Assembly (NCBI GenBank): GCA_963718915.1 | Contig: CAVRAI010000006.1 | Span: forward strand, 60,001-92,000 | Reading direction: 5' to 3' | Source: an uncultured Chloroflexia bacterium | GTDB lineage: Bacteria > Chloroflexota > Ktedonobacteria > Ktedonobacterales > JADMIN01 | DNA: 32,000 nt | Shown here: piece after piece, positions 7,639 to 16,437 of the stretch | Position numbering within the stretch: position 1 is the first letter of the stretch | Layout: each line of letters starts with the position of its first letter | Translations under genes and position numbers: made by a program | Notes under the pieces: model-generated | What the model saw: the letters and a program-made list of their open reading frames with translations, nothing else | What the model was told of the DNA's origin: nothing | Database searches by the model: none

Positions 7639-9990
7639 TTATCCCCCTGTATTGCCAGGTGGCGCCTCTTGCGTCGTGAAAAGGTAGAACGTCGTCGTAT
7701 GGTTGGCGGTAACGTACGGCGCGAACGAGCCTGGGGGCAGCGCCCCGCCCGCTACCAGCGCCTGCTCGAGATCGCCAACGCGGCTCAGCGTCACGATGGT
7801 CACCGTTGGGCCGGTGCTTTTCGCCAGCGCCTTTGCCAGCTCGCCCGTCGTCTCGACACGGCTGCCCGTCGTGCCCGGCCCCAGATAGCGCATCGTCGCG
7901 TAATCCGCCACCAGACTGTCGTCGCTGAACAGAATGAAATGCGTGCCCGCTGGCAGCGTGCCCAGGTAGCGCCCGATGTCGGTGTACGTCGTCCACCAGG
8001 GATCGTGATTCGTCTGGTGGGGGAAGTCCACGAAATAGCGCTGGATGTTCCAGTTGGCGCTCAGGCCCACCAACACGAGCGCCAGCAGCGTCGCGGCCAG
8101 CACGGGCGCGAGACTGGGCAGCCGTAGCTTCGGCAGGCTGTCGGCGAATGAGACGATGCCCTGCTCGACCCGTTCCAGTATATCTTCCAGCAGCAGCGCC
8201 GCCAGCAGACAGAGCGCCGGAAGCATCACCAGCAGCCGTTGCCAGTCAGGCATATCTATGGTCAGTATGCCACCAAACACCACAGTTCCCACAATCCAGA
8301 TGGTGAGTAGCAGATAAACTGGCTTGCGCAAGTGTAGCAGCGCGTAGAAGAAGCCGATGGTGACCAGCGTGGCGACGCCAACATCGAGCAGACTGTAATG
8401 TGGCCCATACTGCGTGCTCTGGTCGGCGACCGCCGTGGGCAGCAGCGGGACTGCGGCAAGCTGACGCAGCAACACCCTGGGAATATCGGCCGTGCCAAAC
8501 TGGCCAATCAAATGATCGCGCATCCAGGGCGTCTGATTGAGGATCAGCACCTCATCGGTGCGGCTGTTCAGCGTGTCACCGGCCGTGTGGAAGAAGGATG
8601 CCAGCGGCCCAAGCGCGGCCAGCAGTCCGGCGATGAGCCAGACAAGGGTTGGGCCACGCCCGGAGAGCAACCGGCGGTTGAGCAGCCAGAGGCCGACGAT
8701 GAAGAGCGGGACGATGACAAAGACAAGCCGGGCGCTGAAATAGACCTGGGCGGAGAAGCTCATAGCGACAGCGGCCAGCACGGCGGCGATGGCGCTCCGG
8801 TCGCGCAGCGCGCGCACCAGTAGCCAGAGTGTCAGCTCGACGGCGAAGAGCGCGTGAATATAGTGGATGCCTGAACGGCTGAACTGAATATGCAGGTGCG
8901 AGACGGCCAGTAGCGCGGTTGCGACGAAGGCGACCCGGCGACCAGCGAACTCGCGCGCGAGCAGATACATTACGATCAGCGAGAGCAGCCCCACAATCAC
9001 CGACGAGAGGCGCAGGCCAAAGAGGCTATCCCCCGCGAAATGCATGACCAGGGCGGGGATGCCGTAGCCCAGAACCGGAAGCCCATACCAGCCGGTCGAG
9101 AGCAGCGTATGCACCTCGCCGTGCAGCCAGCGGAGCGCCTCCAGCGCGCACGACGCCTCGTCGCCATGGACGACATATGGCATGCTGGTCAGATTTGGGA
9201 GCCGCAGCGCCGCGCCGACCGCCAGCAACGCGCCCAGCAACAGCCAATCGCCCCAGGTGTTCCAGAGCGTGCGCCAGCGCGACCATGGCGGAGAGGTCGC
9301 GCTGATGGTTAGCCGCCAGCGCATCCGGTGGAGTGGCGATGAGTGCGCCGACGGCCAGACGCACGCGGCTACGATGAGCAGAAGCGTGCCTGCGATCCAG
9401 AACCACTGGGCGGCGAGCACCGGAACGGCGGCGCCTGCCAGCGCGGATGCTATCAACGCCAGCACCAGCGCGATCCAGGCGAGCGAGAGGCCAGCCCAGT
9501 GCCGCCAGGTCGTGGCATGGAGTGCAATCCGACAGCGTTCGAGCAGCGCCTGAAGAGCGGCGCGCCGGGGCAGCAGTCGCTCGCTGGTTATCAGGGGCAG
9601 GCGACGTAGACCCTGTAATGCCTCAGGCGCCTGCCTCAGCGACCACCATGCCGCACCCACGGTGTCAAAGACGGCCTGCCAGCGGAGCAAGAGCGCCGCG
9701 CCGAAACTGGCGATCAGCAGCAGCGCCACTACCACCAGCGAGGCGACCACGCTACTTGCCCCGCCGCCCGTCTTCACCAGCGCGCTCAACTGCGACTCCG
9801 CCGCCATGACATCCAACAGGCAAAGGACAAACGTCGCCCGCCGGAGCAGTAGAGACCAGTTGGTACGCCGGATCAGGTCTCCGCGCGCGGCTGCCTTCAG
9901 GCCGGACTCCGCCTCCACACGCCCCATTTCCACCCCCTGTCCGTCCACTGGCCTACCCTGCTGGGAGTCCGCGCACCTTTGCTCAGCCAT
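7639..9990 (-). CDS. polytopic GT-C type glycosyltransferase-like membrane protein (PMT_2/ArnT-like, GT39-like)
   Basis: Many TM helices. The block LPNLTSMPYVVHGDEAS...GWYGLPVLGYG...FGLRLSSVIVGLLSLIVMYLLAREFAGRRVAFVATALLAVS resembles ArnT/PMT_2 family N-terminal cores. The ORF opens at 10089 but overlaps recF, so I chose the ATG at 9990; the start is uncertain. Confidence 0.6.
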   Translation of the reverse strand: MAEQRCADSQQGRPVDGQGVEMGRVEAESGLKAAARGDLIRRTNWSLLLRRATFVLCLLDVMAAESQLSALVKTGGGASSVVASLVVVALLLIASFGAALLLRWQAVFDTVGAAWWSLRQAPEALQGLRRLPLITSERLLPRRAALQALLERCRIALHATTWRHWAGLSLAWIALVLALIASALAGAAVPVLAAQWFWIAGTLLLIVAACVWPSAHSSPLHRMRWRLTISATSPPWSRWRTLWNTWGDWLLLGALLAVGAALRLPNLTSMPYVVHGDEASCALEALRWLHGEVHTLLSTGWYGLPVLGYGIPALVMHFAGDSLFGLRLSSVIVGLLSLIVMYLLAREFAGRRVAFVATALLAVSHLHIQFSRSGIHYIHALFAVELTLWLLVRALRDRSAIAAVLAAVAMSFSAQVYFSARLVFVIVPLFIVGLWLLNRRLLSGRGPTLVWLIAGLLAALGPLASFFHTAGDTLNSRTDEVLILNQTPWMRDHLIGQFGTADIPRVLLRQLAAVPLLPTAVADQSTQYGPHYSLLDVGVATLVTIGFFYALLHLRKPVYLLLTIWIVGTVVFGGILTIDMPDWQRLLVMLPALCLLAALLLEDILERVEQGIVSFADSLPKLRLPSLAPVLAATLLALVLVGLSANWNIQRYFVDFPHQTNHDPWWTTYTDIGRYLGTLPAGTHFILFSDDSLVADYATMRYLGPGTTGSRVETTGELAKALAKSTGPTVTIVTLSRVGDLEQALVAGGALPPGSFAPYVTANHTTTFYLFTTQEAPPGNTGG

Positions 9991-10009
9991 TCTCAACGCT
10001 CGCAGAGTA

Positions 10010-11272
10010 TTACCGTGACGCGCTCTCACGTCTGGATGTTCCGGCGATGTCCGTTGACGCTGGAGACGCCTCCAACGTGACCTGTCCACCCCCCACTGAG
10101 TAGACGTAGGCGCGCGACTGCACCGTTTCGGGCAGGCTGGTGGCGTCGGTGATGGTGAGCAGCACCTGATCGAGATCGCTCACCGCATCGAGGAAATCGG
10201 CGCGGCGGCGGGCATCCAGTTCGCTCAGCACGTCGTCGAGCAGCAGCAGCGGCTGGTCGCCAGTCTCCGCCTCAATATACGCCAACTCGGCGAGTTTGAG
10301 CGCCAGCGCGACGGTGCGCTGCTGGCCGCGCGAGCCATAGGTCGTCAGGTTGATGTCCCCGGCATAGAAGGCGAGGTCGTCGCGGTGCGGCCCCAGTACG
10401 TTCGCACCCTGGGCAATCTCGCGCCGCCGCAGTTCTACCAGCCGCGCGCGAAACGCCGCCGTTAACTCATCGTCGCCAGCATCCAGCGATCCCTTATACG
10501 ACGGCTCGTACGCCAGATGGAGCGGCATCTCCGGCAGCCCCTCGTCGCGGGCCAGCACCTCGTAGAGTTGCCCGGCAGTCCCCTCGGCATGCGCGATGAA
10601 GCGAGCGCGCGTGCGCATCAGCGGCACGGCCAGCGTCGCGAGCTGCTCATCCCAGAACGGCAGCGCATGGGGGCCTTCTTCGCCCTCTTTGATACGCCGC
10701 AGCAGCGCCGCGCGTTGTGTCACCACCTTCTGGTACTGGCCGAGCGCGCGACAGTAGCCCGCATGCACCTGGCAGAGCGTCAGGTCGAGGAAGCGCCGCC
10801 GCTCAGAAGGCGAGCCAGTCACCAGTTCCAGATGGGTTGGCGCGAAGACGACCACGGTGACTTTGCCGAGCAGGTCCATCGCGCGGCGCGGCATGCCGTT
10901 GACACGGATGCGCTTGCGAAAGGGGACGGCGGGCAGTGGCGGGCTGGCGGCGCCACTCGCTTCGCGGGCAACGGCGCTGGCGGGCGCCTCGATGCCAGTA
11001 TCGGCGACGATCACCTCGACATCAAGGGTATCGTTGCGGCGGACGACCTCGGCCTCGACGCGCGCGAAGTGGCCCGCCGCGCCCCAGCGTACCGCCTCGC
11101 GCTCGCTATTCGTGCGGAAGGAGCGACTGGTGGCGATGAGGCTGATGGCCTCCAGCAGATTCGACTTCCCCTGGGCGTTGCGCCCGCGAAAGACAACCAA
11201 CCCGCGAGGCAGCGCCAGGTCCAGCTCGCGGTAGTTGCGAAAATCGGTCAAGCGCAGGCGCTCGATATGCAT
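10010..11272 (-). CDS. recF: DNA replication and repair protein RecF
   Basis: MHIERLRLTDFRNYRELDLALPRGLVVFRGRNAQGKSNLLEAISLIATSRSFRT (Walker A GxxGxGKS) and C-terminal LLLLDDVLSELDARRR (Walker B/D-loop). Start taken at ATG 11272 (MHIERL) rather than the ORF opening at 11320. Confidence 0.9.
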   Translation of the reverse strand: MHIERLRLTDFRNYRELDLALPRGLVVFRGRNAQGKSNLLEAISLIATSRSFRTNSEREAVRWGAAGHFARVEAEVVRRNDTLDVEVIVADTGIEAPASAVAREASGAASPPLPAVPFRKRIRVNGMPRRAMDLLGKVTVVVFAPTHLELVTGSPSERRRFLDLTLCQVHAGYCRALGQYQKVVTQRAALLRRIKEGEEGPHALPFWDEQLATLAVPLMRTRARFIAHAEGTAGQLYEVLARDEGLPEMPLHLAYEPSYKGSLDAGDDELTAAFRARLVELRRREIAQGANVLGPHRDDLAFYAGDINLTTYGSRGQQRTVALALKLAELAYIEAETGDQPLLLLDDVLSELDARRRADFLDAVSDLDQVLLTITDATSLPETVQSRAYVYSVGGGQVTLEASPASTDIAGTSRRESASR

Positions 11273-11381
11273 GGCATCCTCCCTGAGCGCCGGAAATACG
11301 GCGATATGGCTGGCAGGCATCGAAGATTGTGGCGCGTTGGCCGTAAGCCAGCAGGCCTATTTTTCCTGCTTTCGGGCCAGT

Positions 11382-11398
11382 ATGAAAGAATTGTCATG
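11382..11398. promoter_or_regulatory. candidate operator, copy 1 of a perfect 17-bp repeat ATGAAAGAATTGTCATG
   Basis: Identical 17-mer recurs at 11435-11451, 53 bp away. Copy 2 forms an inverted repeat CATGA-N8-TCATG; copy 1 has T for the first C. Lies 110-180 bp upstream of the recF start in lower-GC DNA. Confidence 0.4.
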
Positions 11399-11434
11399 AA
11401 ACTGGTCTGTAACACAGGGCATTTCCCGGTAATC

Positions 11435-11451
11435 ATGAAAGAATTGTCATG
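11435..11451. promoter_or_regulatory. candidate operator, copy 2 of the 17-bp repeat, with an inverted partial third copy at 11464-11472
   Basis: Perfect match to 11382-11398. tctttcatg at 11464-11472 is the reverse complement of catgaaaga. Confidence 0.4.
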
Positions 11452-11616
11452 GAAAATGTGGCGTCTTTCATGCTTGTGAACACCCACTCAGGATATACTA
11501 TTTCTGCGGTCACGAGAAGACGGGCTGTGGTAGATGGGTGGTTGTGCGATCCCGTGCGACATGTGTGGGGTCGGTGAGGAAGTTGTGGGTCGGCGGAATC
11601 GCACAACGTGGTCGTG

Positions 11617-11671
11617 CATATACCCCTTCGTAGTTGGTGCAAGCCAGGACGAAGGGGTATATGTTTTCCCC
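11617..11671 (+). terminator. intrinsic-terminator-like hairpin (15-bp perfect stem, 17-nt loop, TTTT tail on the plus strand)
   Basis: catataccccttcgt (11617-11631) pairs perfectly with acgaaggggtatatg (11649-11663) and is followed by ttttcccc. It also lies 34 nt downstream of the convergent minus-strand GT gene stop, but there is no T-tract in that orientation. Confidence 0.5.
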
Positions 11672-11696
11672 TGATGGATAGCCAATGTTCAGATGT

Positions 11697-12887
11697 TCAG
11701 CAATTCAGCAGTGGCCGTCGCTCAGCCGCAAGCCGTTCGAGTAGCTCCATGGCGCGCGCTGGCCCAGGTAGCGCGGCGATCTCATCGCGCAGGCGTCCGG
11801 CGTTGCGCCGATACTCCGGGTTGGCCAGCATCTCCTCCACCGCATCGCGTGCCATCGCTGAGGTGATATCCTCTCCCCCAATGACCCGCCCGACGCCGAG
11901 CGCGGCGCATCGTTCGGCGTTGAGCGGTTGGTCGGCGTTGAGCGGAATCACGGCCAGTGGCACGCCATGCGCCAGCGCGCCCATCACGCTCCCCGATCCT
12001 CCATGCGTAATGACGAGGTCGCAGCGCGGCAGAATCAGCGATTGCGAGATGTAGCGCTCAATATGGACGTTGGCGGGCATCTCGCCGAAGTCAGCCGGGT
12101 CAATCCGCCGTCCCACCGTGACGATCAGGTTGATCGGCAGGCCGCGCAGCCCGGCGATAACCCGCGCGAACACGTCGCGCAGGCTGCTGGCGAACGCGGT
12201 GCCGAGCGAGAAATAGACCGTTGGCGCGCCGGTAAGGTTGGCGGCCCATGGCGGCAATTGTTCCTCACGTGTCGGCTCAGGCAGGAGCGGACGGAGCGCA
12301 TACGCGGTGGCGGGGAGCGGAAACGCTGGGTCGCGGTAGCTGGGCGGGAACGGCGCGAGGACGAGATAACGGCTGAGCATGGCTAGATCTGGGTCGGGCG
12401 GGAGTCCATATTCCAGGCGCAACGTATTCAGCGGCTCCGCCACCAGTTCGTGACGCACGAAGGAGCCAGCGGCAATGACGAGGACGTTGGCGTGAGGCAG
12501 TCCGAGCCGCTCCGCCGCGATGGCGCTGCCGAAGTCGATCTCGTCGCGGACCAGCAGATCAGGTCTCCACATCTCGCCCAAGGTGACGATGTCCGCTGCC
12601 TTGTGGCGCGCGTACCATCCCGCGAATCCCTCGCGCAGCAGGTACGCTTCCCGTTCGGCGATAGCTGGGGTCGCCATGTAGTGGTCTTCCATCGCTTCTG
12701 TCGCGGGTGTGCTGCCGACATCGATGCCAGCGGCGAATGCCTGGAATCCCGCCGCCTCGACCATCGCAAGCTGCCGTGGGGCGCAGGCGAACGCGACGGT
12801 ATGCCCCGCGGACTCGGCGGCGCGGGCGATGGGGACGAGTGGATTGTAGTGGCCGCTGCCGCCCTCGAAGGTGAAGAGGATACGCAC
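11697..12887 (-). CDS. GT1-family glycosyltransferase (MGT/UDP-glycosyltransferase type)
   Basis: N-terminus RILFTFEGGSGHYNPLVPIARAAESAGHTV and C-terminal nucleotide-sugar motif ITHGGSGSVMGALAHGVPLAVIPLNADQPLNAERC are typical of GT1/MGT enzymes. GTG start. Confidence 0.85.
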   Translation of the reverse strand: MRILFTFEGGSGHYNPLVPIARAAESAGHTVAFACAPRQLAMVEAAGFQAFAAGIDVGSTPATEAMEDHYMATPAIAEREAYLLREGFAGWYARHKAADIVTLGEMWRPDLLVRDEIDFGSAIAAERLGLPHANVLVIAAGSFVRHELVAEPLNTLRLEYGLPPDPDLAMLSRYLVLAPFPPSYRDPAFPLPATAYALRPLLPEPTREEQLPPWAANLTGAPTVYFSLGTAFASSLRDVFARVIAGLRGLPINLIVTVGRRIDPADFGEMPANVHIERYISQSLILPRCDLVITHGGSGSVMGALAHGVPLAVIPLNADQPLNAERCAALGVGRVIGGEDITSAMARDAVEEMLANPEYRRNAGRLRDEIAALPGPARAMELLERLAAERRPLLNC

Positions 12888-12908
12888 GGAGCCATCGCTT
12901 TCTTTAAA

Positions 12909-14273
12909 TCACCTGTCATGCACCTCAGCGCCGAGCAGCCGCAGATCCTCGAAGAAGGTCGGGTAGCTCTTGGCGACGGCGTCCGCGCCAGTGATGGTCA
13001 GTCCCGCGCGAGAGCGAAGCGCGACGAGAGCCAGCGCCTGCGCCAGCCGGTGGTCGTCGTGGGCATCCACCGTCACGCCGCCAGCAATGCCGCCCGGCTG
13101 GCCGCGCACCACAATCGCATCGTCGAACGGCTGCGCGTCACAGCCCGCGCGCCGCAACTCGGCGCAGAGATCGCCGATGCGGTCGCTTTCCTTCAGCCGC
13201 AGATTGGCGACGTTCTCGAAACGGCTCTCGCCCTCAGCAAAACAGGCGGCAGCCACCAGCACCGGGACGCTATCGATCAGCGGATCGCCGTCCAGCCGCG
13301 CACCGTGCAATGATGTCCCCACGCCGATGGACAGCACGCCGTCAGCCAGCGTCGGCGGCGCGCCCAATGCCGCCAGCGCCGCCAGCAGGGCAACGGACTC
13401 CGGCTGCGCGGCATCCAGCGAGGAGAGATGGGCAGTCTGGCCAAGCAGCGCCGCCGCCACCGCCAGCGCCGCCGCCGAAGGCACATCGCCCGGCACAGTC
13501 ACATCATGCGCGCGATAGATCTGCCCGCCCGCGACCGCAAACGCGCGCAGATTGGCGCCAGCCTCGACGCGAATGCCGGACTGCGCTAACACGCGCAACG
13601 TCGCGCGCACCAAATCCGACGAGCGCAGACCATCCGTCACCGTGATGCGCAACCCCTGGGGCAGCAGCGGGGCCAGGTAGAGCAGGGCGCTGAGATATTG
13701 CGAGCTACGCGCGCCGGAGACCGTCACCTCGCCACCAGCAGGTGGCCCGCCACGCAGCGTGATCGGCAGCAGTCCGTCTGGCCCGGTAGCCTCAGAGGTG
13801 ATGCCAAGTTGAGCGAGCGCCGCCAGCAAATCGGCGTTGGGCCGACGACCGAGCGACTGTGGGTGGTCGGTGGTGAAGGTGACCTCTGGCAAGAGCGCGC
13901 CGATGCCCAGCAGCAGCCGCAGCACCGCGCCCGCGTTGCCCACGGCCAGTGTGTTATCCGGCGGCGCGCTCAGGTGTCCAGCAGTGCCGGTGATGCGCAG
14001 CGCCCAGTCGCCATCGCTCTGCGCTTCGGAGACATTCGCGCCCAGCGCCCGCAGCGCCCGCACCAGCGCCACGGTATCGTCGCTCCGCGCGGGATTGCGC
14101 ACCAGCGAGACGCCATCCGCCAGCAGCGTCGCCAGCAGGTAGCGCAGGGTGTAATACTTCGCGCCCGGCAGTGACAGGCGAACGGTCTGCTCTCGCGGCA
14201 TGCCTCCACGCACGAAGATGCGCGCGGGGACGCGCCACCTCAGCCCGGCGAGTGGCTCATCCTGATTGTCCAT
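12909..14273 (-). CDS. aroA: EPSP synthase family enzyme (3-phosphoshikimate 1-carboxyvinyltransferase-like)
   Basis: C-terminal signature LRLKESDRIGDLCAELRRAG...DDHRLAQALALVAL...VAKSYPTFFEDLRLLG is AroA-like. The N-terminal site reads LPGAKYYTLRYLLATLLADG, versus canonical LPGSKSxSNR. Start taken at ATG 14273 (MDNQDEP), leaving a 66-bp divergent gap to folD. Confidence 0.7.
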   Translation of the reverse strand: MDNQDEPLAGLRWRVPARIFVRGGMPREQTVRLSLPGAKYYTLRYLLATLLADGVSLVRNPARSDDTVALVRALRALGANVSEAQSDGDWALRITGTAGHLSAPPDNTLAVGNAGAVLRLLLGIGALLPEVTFTTDHPQSLGRRPNADLLAALAQLGITSEATGPDGLLPITLRGGPPAGGEVTVSGARSSQYLSALLYLAPLLPQGLRITVTDGLRSSDLVRATLRVLAQSGIRVEAGANLRAFAVAGGQIYRAHDVTVPGDVPSAAALAVAAALLGQTAHLSSLDAAQPESVALLAALAALGAPPTLADGVLSIGVGTSLHGARLDGDPLIDSVPVLVAAACFAEGESRFENVANLRLKESDRIGDLCAELRRAGCDAQPFDDAIVVRGQPGGIAGGVTVDAHDDHRLAQALALVALRSRAGLTITGADAVAKSYPTFFEDLRLLGAEVHDR

Positions 14274-14339
14274 GACGGCGCCCGTTTCAATGGTATAGTA
14301 GGGAACGGCTTCACCCACATCATACCCAATGTCTGGAAG

Positions 14340-15185
14340 GTGGCGATGGACGCGACGATTCTGAATGGCCGCGAGCTGGCCCAGCGCACCATGACTGATC
14401 TGCGACGTGAGTCGGAGCGTTTCGCCCTGGCGCATGATCGCCGCGCATTGCTGATGCTGGTGGCGGTTGGCGAGAACCCCACGGCGCTCCTCTACGCCGA
14501 ACAGGTGCGGCGCGCGTGCCTGCGGACGAGTGTAGAGTGCCAGCTCGAGCGGTTCCCGGCGGAGATCGATGAGACGACGCTACGGCTGCGGGTGGCTGCC
14601 CTGGGCGCACGCGGTGACGCCGACGGCGTGGTGTTGCTGTTGCCGCTGCCCGCGCACATCCGCCAGCGGATGGTGACGGAGGTGCTGCCGCCCGAAAAAG
14701 ATGTGGACGGCCTGGGGCCGCGTAACGCGGGCCATCTGATGCTCGGCTTCCCCAGCTTCGTGCCTAGCACCGCCGATGCCGCGCTCGCCTTGCTGCGGTA
14801 TGCGGGCGTGGCGCTGCAAGGGCGGAACGCGGTGGTGGTTGGCAGAAGCAATGTCGGTGGCAAGCCAGCGGGGCTGCTCTTCCTGCGCGAGAACGCGACC
14901 GTCACCTTCTGCCACTCGCACACGCCCGATCTGGCCGCCATCACGCGCACGGCTGATATCCTTTTCACCAGTGTTGGCCGCGCCAACTATCTGACGGCGG
15001 AGATGATACGCCCCGGCGCGGTGGTGCTGGATGCCGGGATGAACGCGGTGGATGGGAGCCTCGTCGGCGATGTGGACTACGAGAGCCTGCGCGCGGTGGC
15101 TGGCGCGCTCACGCCTGTCCCCGGTGGCCTGGGGCCGCTGACGCCGCTGATGCTGATCCGCCACACGCTGCTCGGCCCGGATTAG
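14340..15185 (+). CDS. folD: bifunctional methylenetetrahydrofolate dehydrogenase/methenyl-THF cyclohydrolase
   Basis: 281 aa with ILNGRELA N-terminus, VVVGRSNVGGKPAGLLFLRENATVTFCHSHT and TPVPGGLGPLT motifs. GTG at 14340 or ATG at 14346. Confidence 0.9.
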   Translation: MAMDATILNGRELAQRTMTDLRRESERFALAHDRRALLMLVAVGENPTALLYAEQVRRACLRTSVECQLERFPAEIDETTLRLRVAALGARGDADGVVLLLPLPAHIRQRMVTEVLPPEKDVDGLGPRNAGHLMLGFPSFVPSTADAALALLRYAGVALQGRNAVVVGRSNVGGKPAGLLFLRENATVTFCHSHTPDLAAITRTADILFTSVGRANYLTAEMIRPGAVVLDAGMNAVDGSLVGDVDYESLRAVAGALTPVPGGLGPLTPLMLIRHTLLGPD

Positions 15186-15193
15186 ACGAGAGA

Positions 15194-16180
15194 CTATTCC
15201 TGGCTCTTCTTATTGCTGTCTCCAGTTGAACTTCCTCCGTCCGATATAGGTTCTTCTATCTCTCCTGAATTGGTTGGCGCGGATGGCAACGCTCCCCATA
15301 GCCCACCATCAGGCTCCTGAATCATATTGCGCGGACTTACGACTGGCTGTCCGAGCGCTTCTTCAATCTGGCGCCGCGTATCTCCCGCAATGCGCCCAGC
15401 AACGTCGACATCAGCTGCTACGGCTTTGAATCCTTGAGAATCGTGTTGGATGTGAAGTTCACGGGCGACTGTATTCGACAGGGTATTCAGAGCAAGTTCG
15501 GTGAGGGTCATCGCAGGCGGCAACTCACCCTTATAGACCAGTTTTTTGCCTTTATAGGTGATTGGGAAGCTTTTGACACCTTTATGCTCTTCGATAGTCA
15601 GGCCGAAAGCTCCCATATGAAGCTGATCGGTCAAAATAGCGTATTCCCGGCCGCGAATACCGCGCACACTCCATTCGTGCGTCAGCGCATTGCGCGCCAC
15701 AATGTCATCAATGCGTTGTCGCGCCCACTCAGCGGTATAGCCATCACTCATGAGCGCCAGGATTGCGCGCTCCCGCCAGCGGAGATAGGCCCCGTCGGGA
15801 TCAACGGCGGTTTCGGCTTCCTCGACCTTATCGGAGAAGTACGTCCGTGCCTGGGCGGCGATATCGCCCCTCGTTCGGCTTGTCATTACCACGAGACGAC
15901 ATGCGTAACGGGTCAGACGATAGTCTTTTGGGCGCGGGCCTCGCGAACTACCAGAAACTTTACGTTCCCCCGTAAAGTTTTGAAAATGCTCTTCGACACT
16001 ACGACCAGACTTCGCACAGTCCTCCATGGCGCGCAGAATGGCGCTCTCCATGTCCTGCCACTTCCCGAATTGCAAGACAGGCGCAAGTTCTCGCGCCAGC
16101 CAGTACTCGCCCTGCTCATCGCTGTGCTTGATGGCGTCAAATGGAGATATGGGCGCTGGCGGCTGTGAATGATCGCTCAC
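15194..16180 (-). CDS. dinD: DNA-damage-inducible protein D (DinD)-like, Bro-N/antirepressor-type N-terminal domain, with extended C-terminus
   Basis: PFDAIKHSDEQGEYWLARELAPVLQFGKWQDMESAILRAMEDCAKSGRSVEEHFQNFTG...KDYRLTRYACRLVVM parallels E. coli DinD (FEEIKRLNEQGVEFWSARDL...YDKWENF...DHF...IDYRLSRYACYLIAQ). The ORF opens at 16279; GTG at 16180 has GGAAGGG 9 nt upstream. Lower-GC DNA. Confidence 0.7.
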   Translation of the reverse strand: MSDHSQPPAPISPFDAIKHSDEQGEYWLARELAPVLQFGKWQDMESAILRAMEDCAKSGRSVEEHFQNFTGERKVSGSSRGPRPKDYRLTRYACRLVVMTSRTRGDIAAQARTYFSDKVEEAETAVDPDGAYLRWRERAILALMSDGYTAEWARQRIDDIVARNALTHEWSVRGIRGREYAILTDQLHMGAFGLTIEEHKGVKSFPITYKGKKLVYKGELPPAMTLTELALNTLSNTVARELHIQHDSQGFKAVAADVDVAGRIAGDTRRQIEEALGQPVVSPRNMIQEPDGGLWGALPSAPTNSGEIEEPISDGGSSTGDSNKKSQE

Positions 16181-16437
16181 GATACATAACCCTTCCGCTA
16201 TCTTTTCAGGGTAGCTCAATCGTTCCCTGCTCTTCAACGCGATACTGTTCTCGTGAAATGCGGGCGCCTGCCAAACCAAGCAGTATTTTTAATGCGAGGA
16301 TTGTAACAGAATAGGTATAGACATGCAAGTGGTCTGGCAAAATACAAATAGGAATAGTATATCATTGTGTAGAACTTGAGAAGGCATGACGCATCTGTGT
16401 TATAGTGGGTAACCAGTAGAGGAGGGCGGCAAAAAGC

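Noticed and set aside
11396-11479. Mini-ORFs started by the duplicated 17-mer (MKELS-stop; 27-aa MKLVCNTGHFPVIMKELSWKMWRLSCL), considered as leader peptides.
   Set aside because: There is no plus-strand gene downstream to attenuate and no convincing RBS. The repeat is better treated as a DNA-level site. It remains mentioned within the recF-upstream finding only as an observation.
11534-11674. 46-codon Cys-rich plus-strand ORF (MGGCAIPCDMCGVGEEVV...) next to a glycosyltransferase, considered as a RiPP/glycocin-like precursor.
   Set aside because: Third-position GC looks markedly lower than in the surrounding genes. The ORF contains the 15-bp terminator-like hairpin in its last third. The GT gene is convergent rather than co-transcribed, and no RBS is evident.
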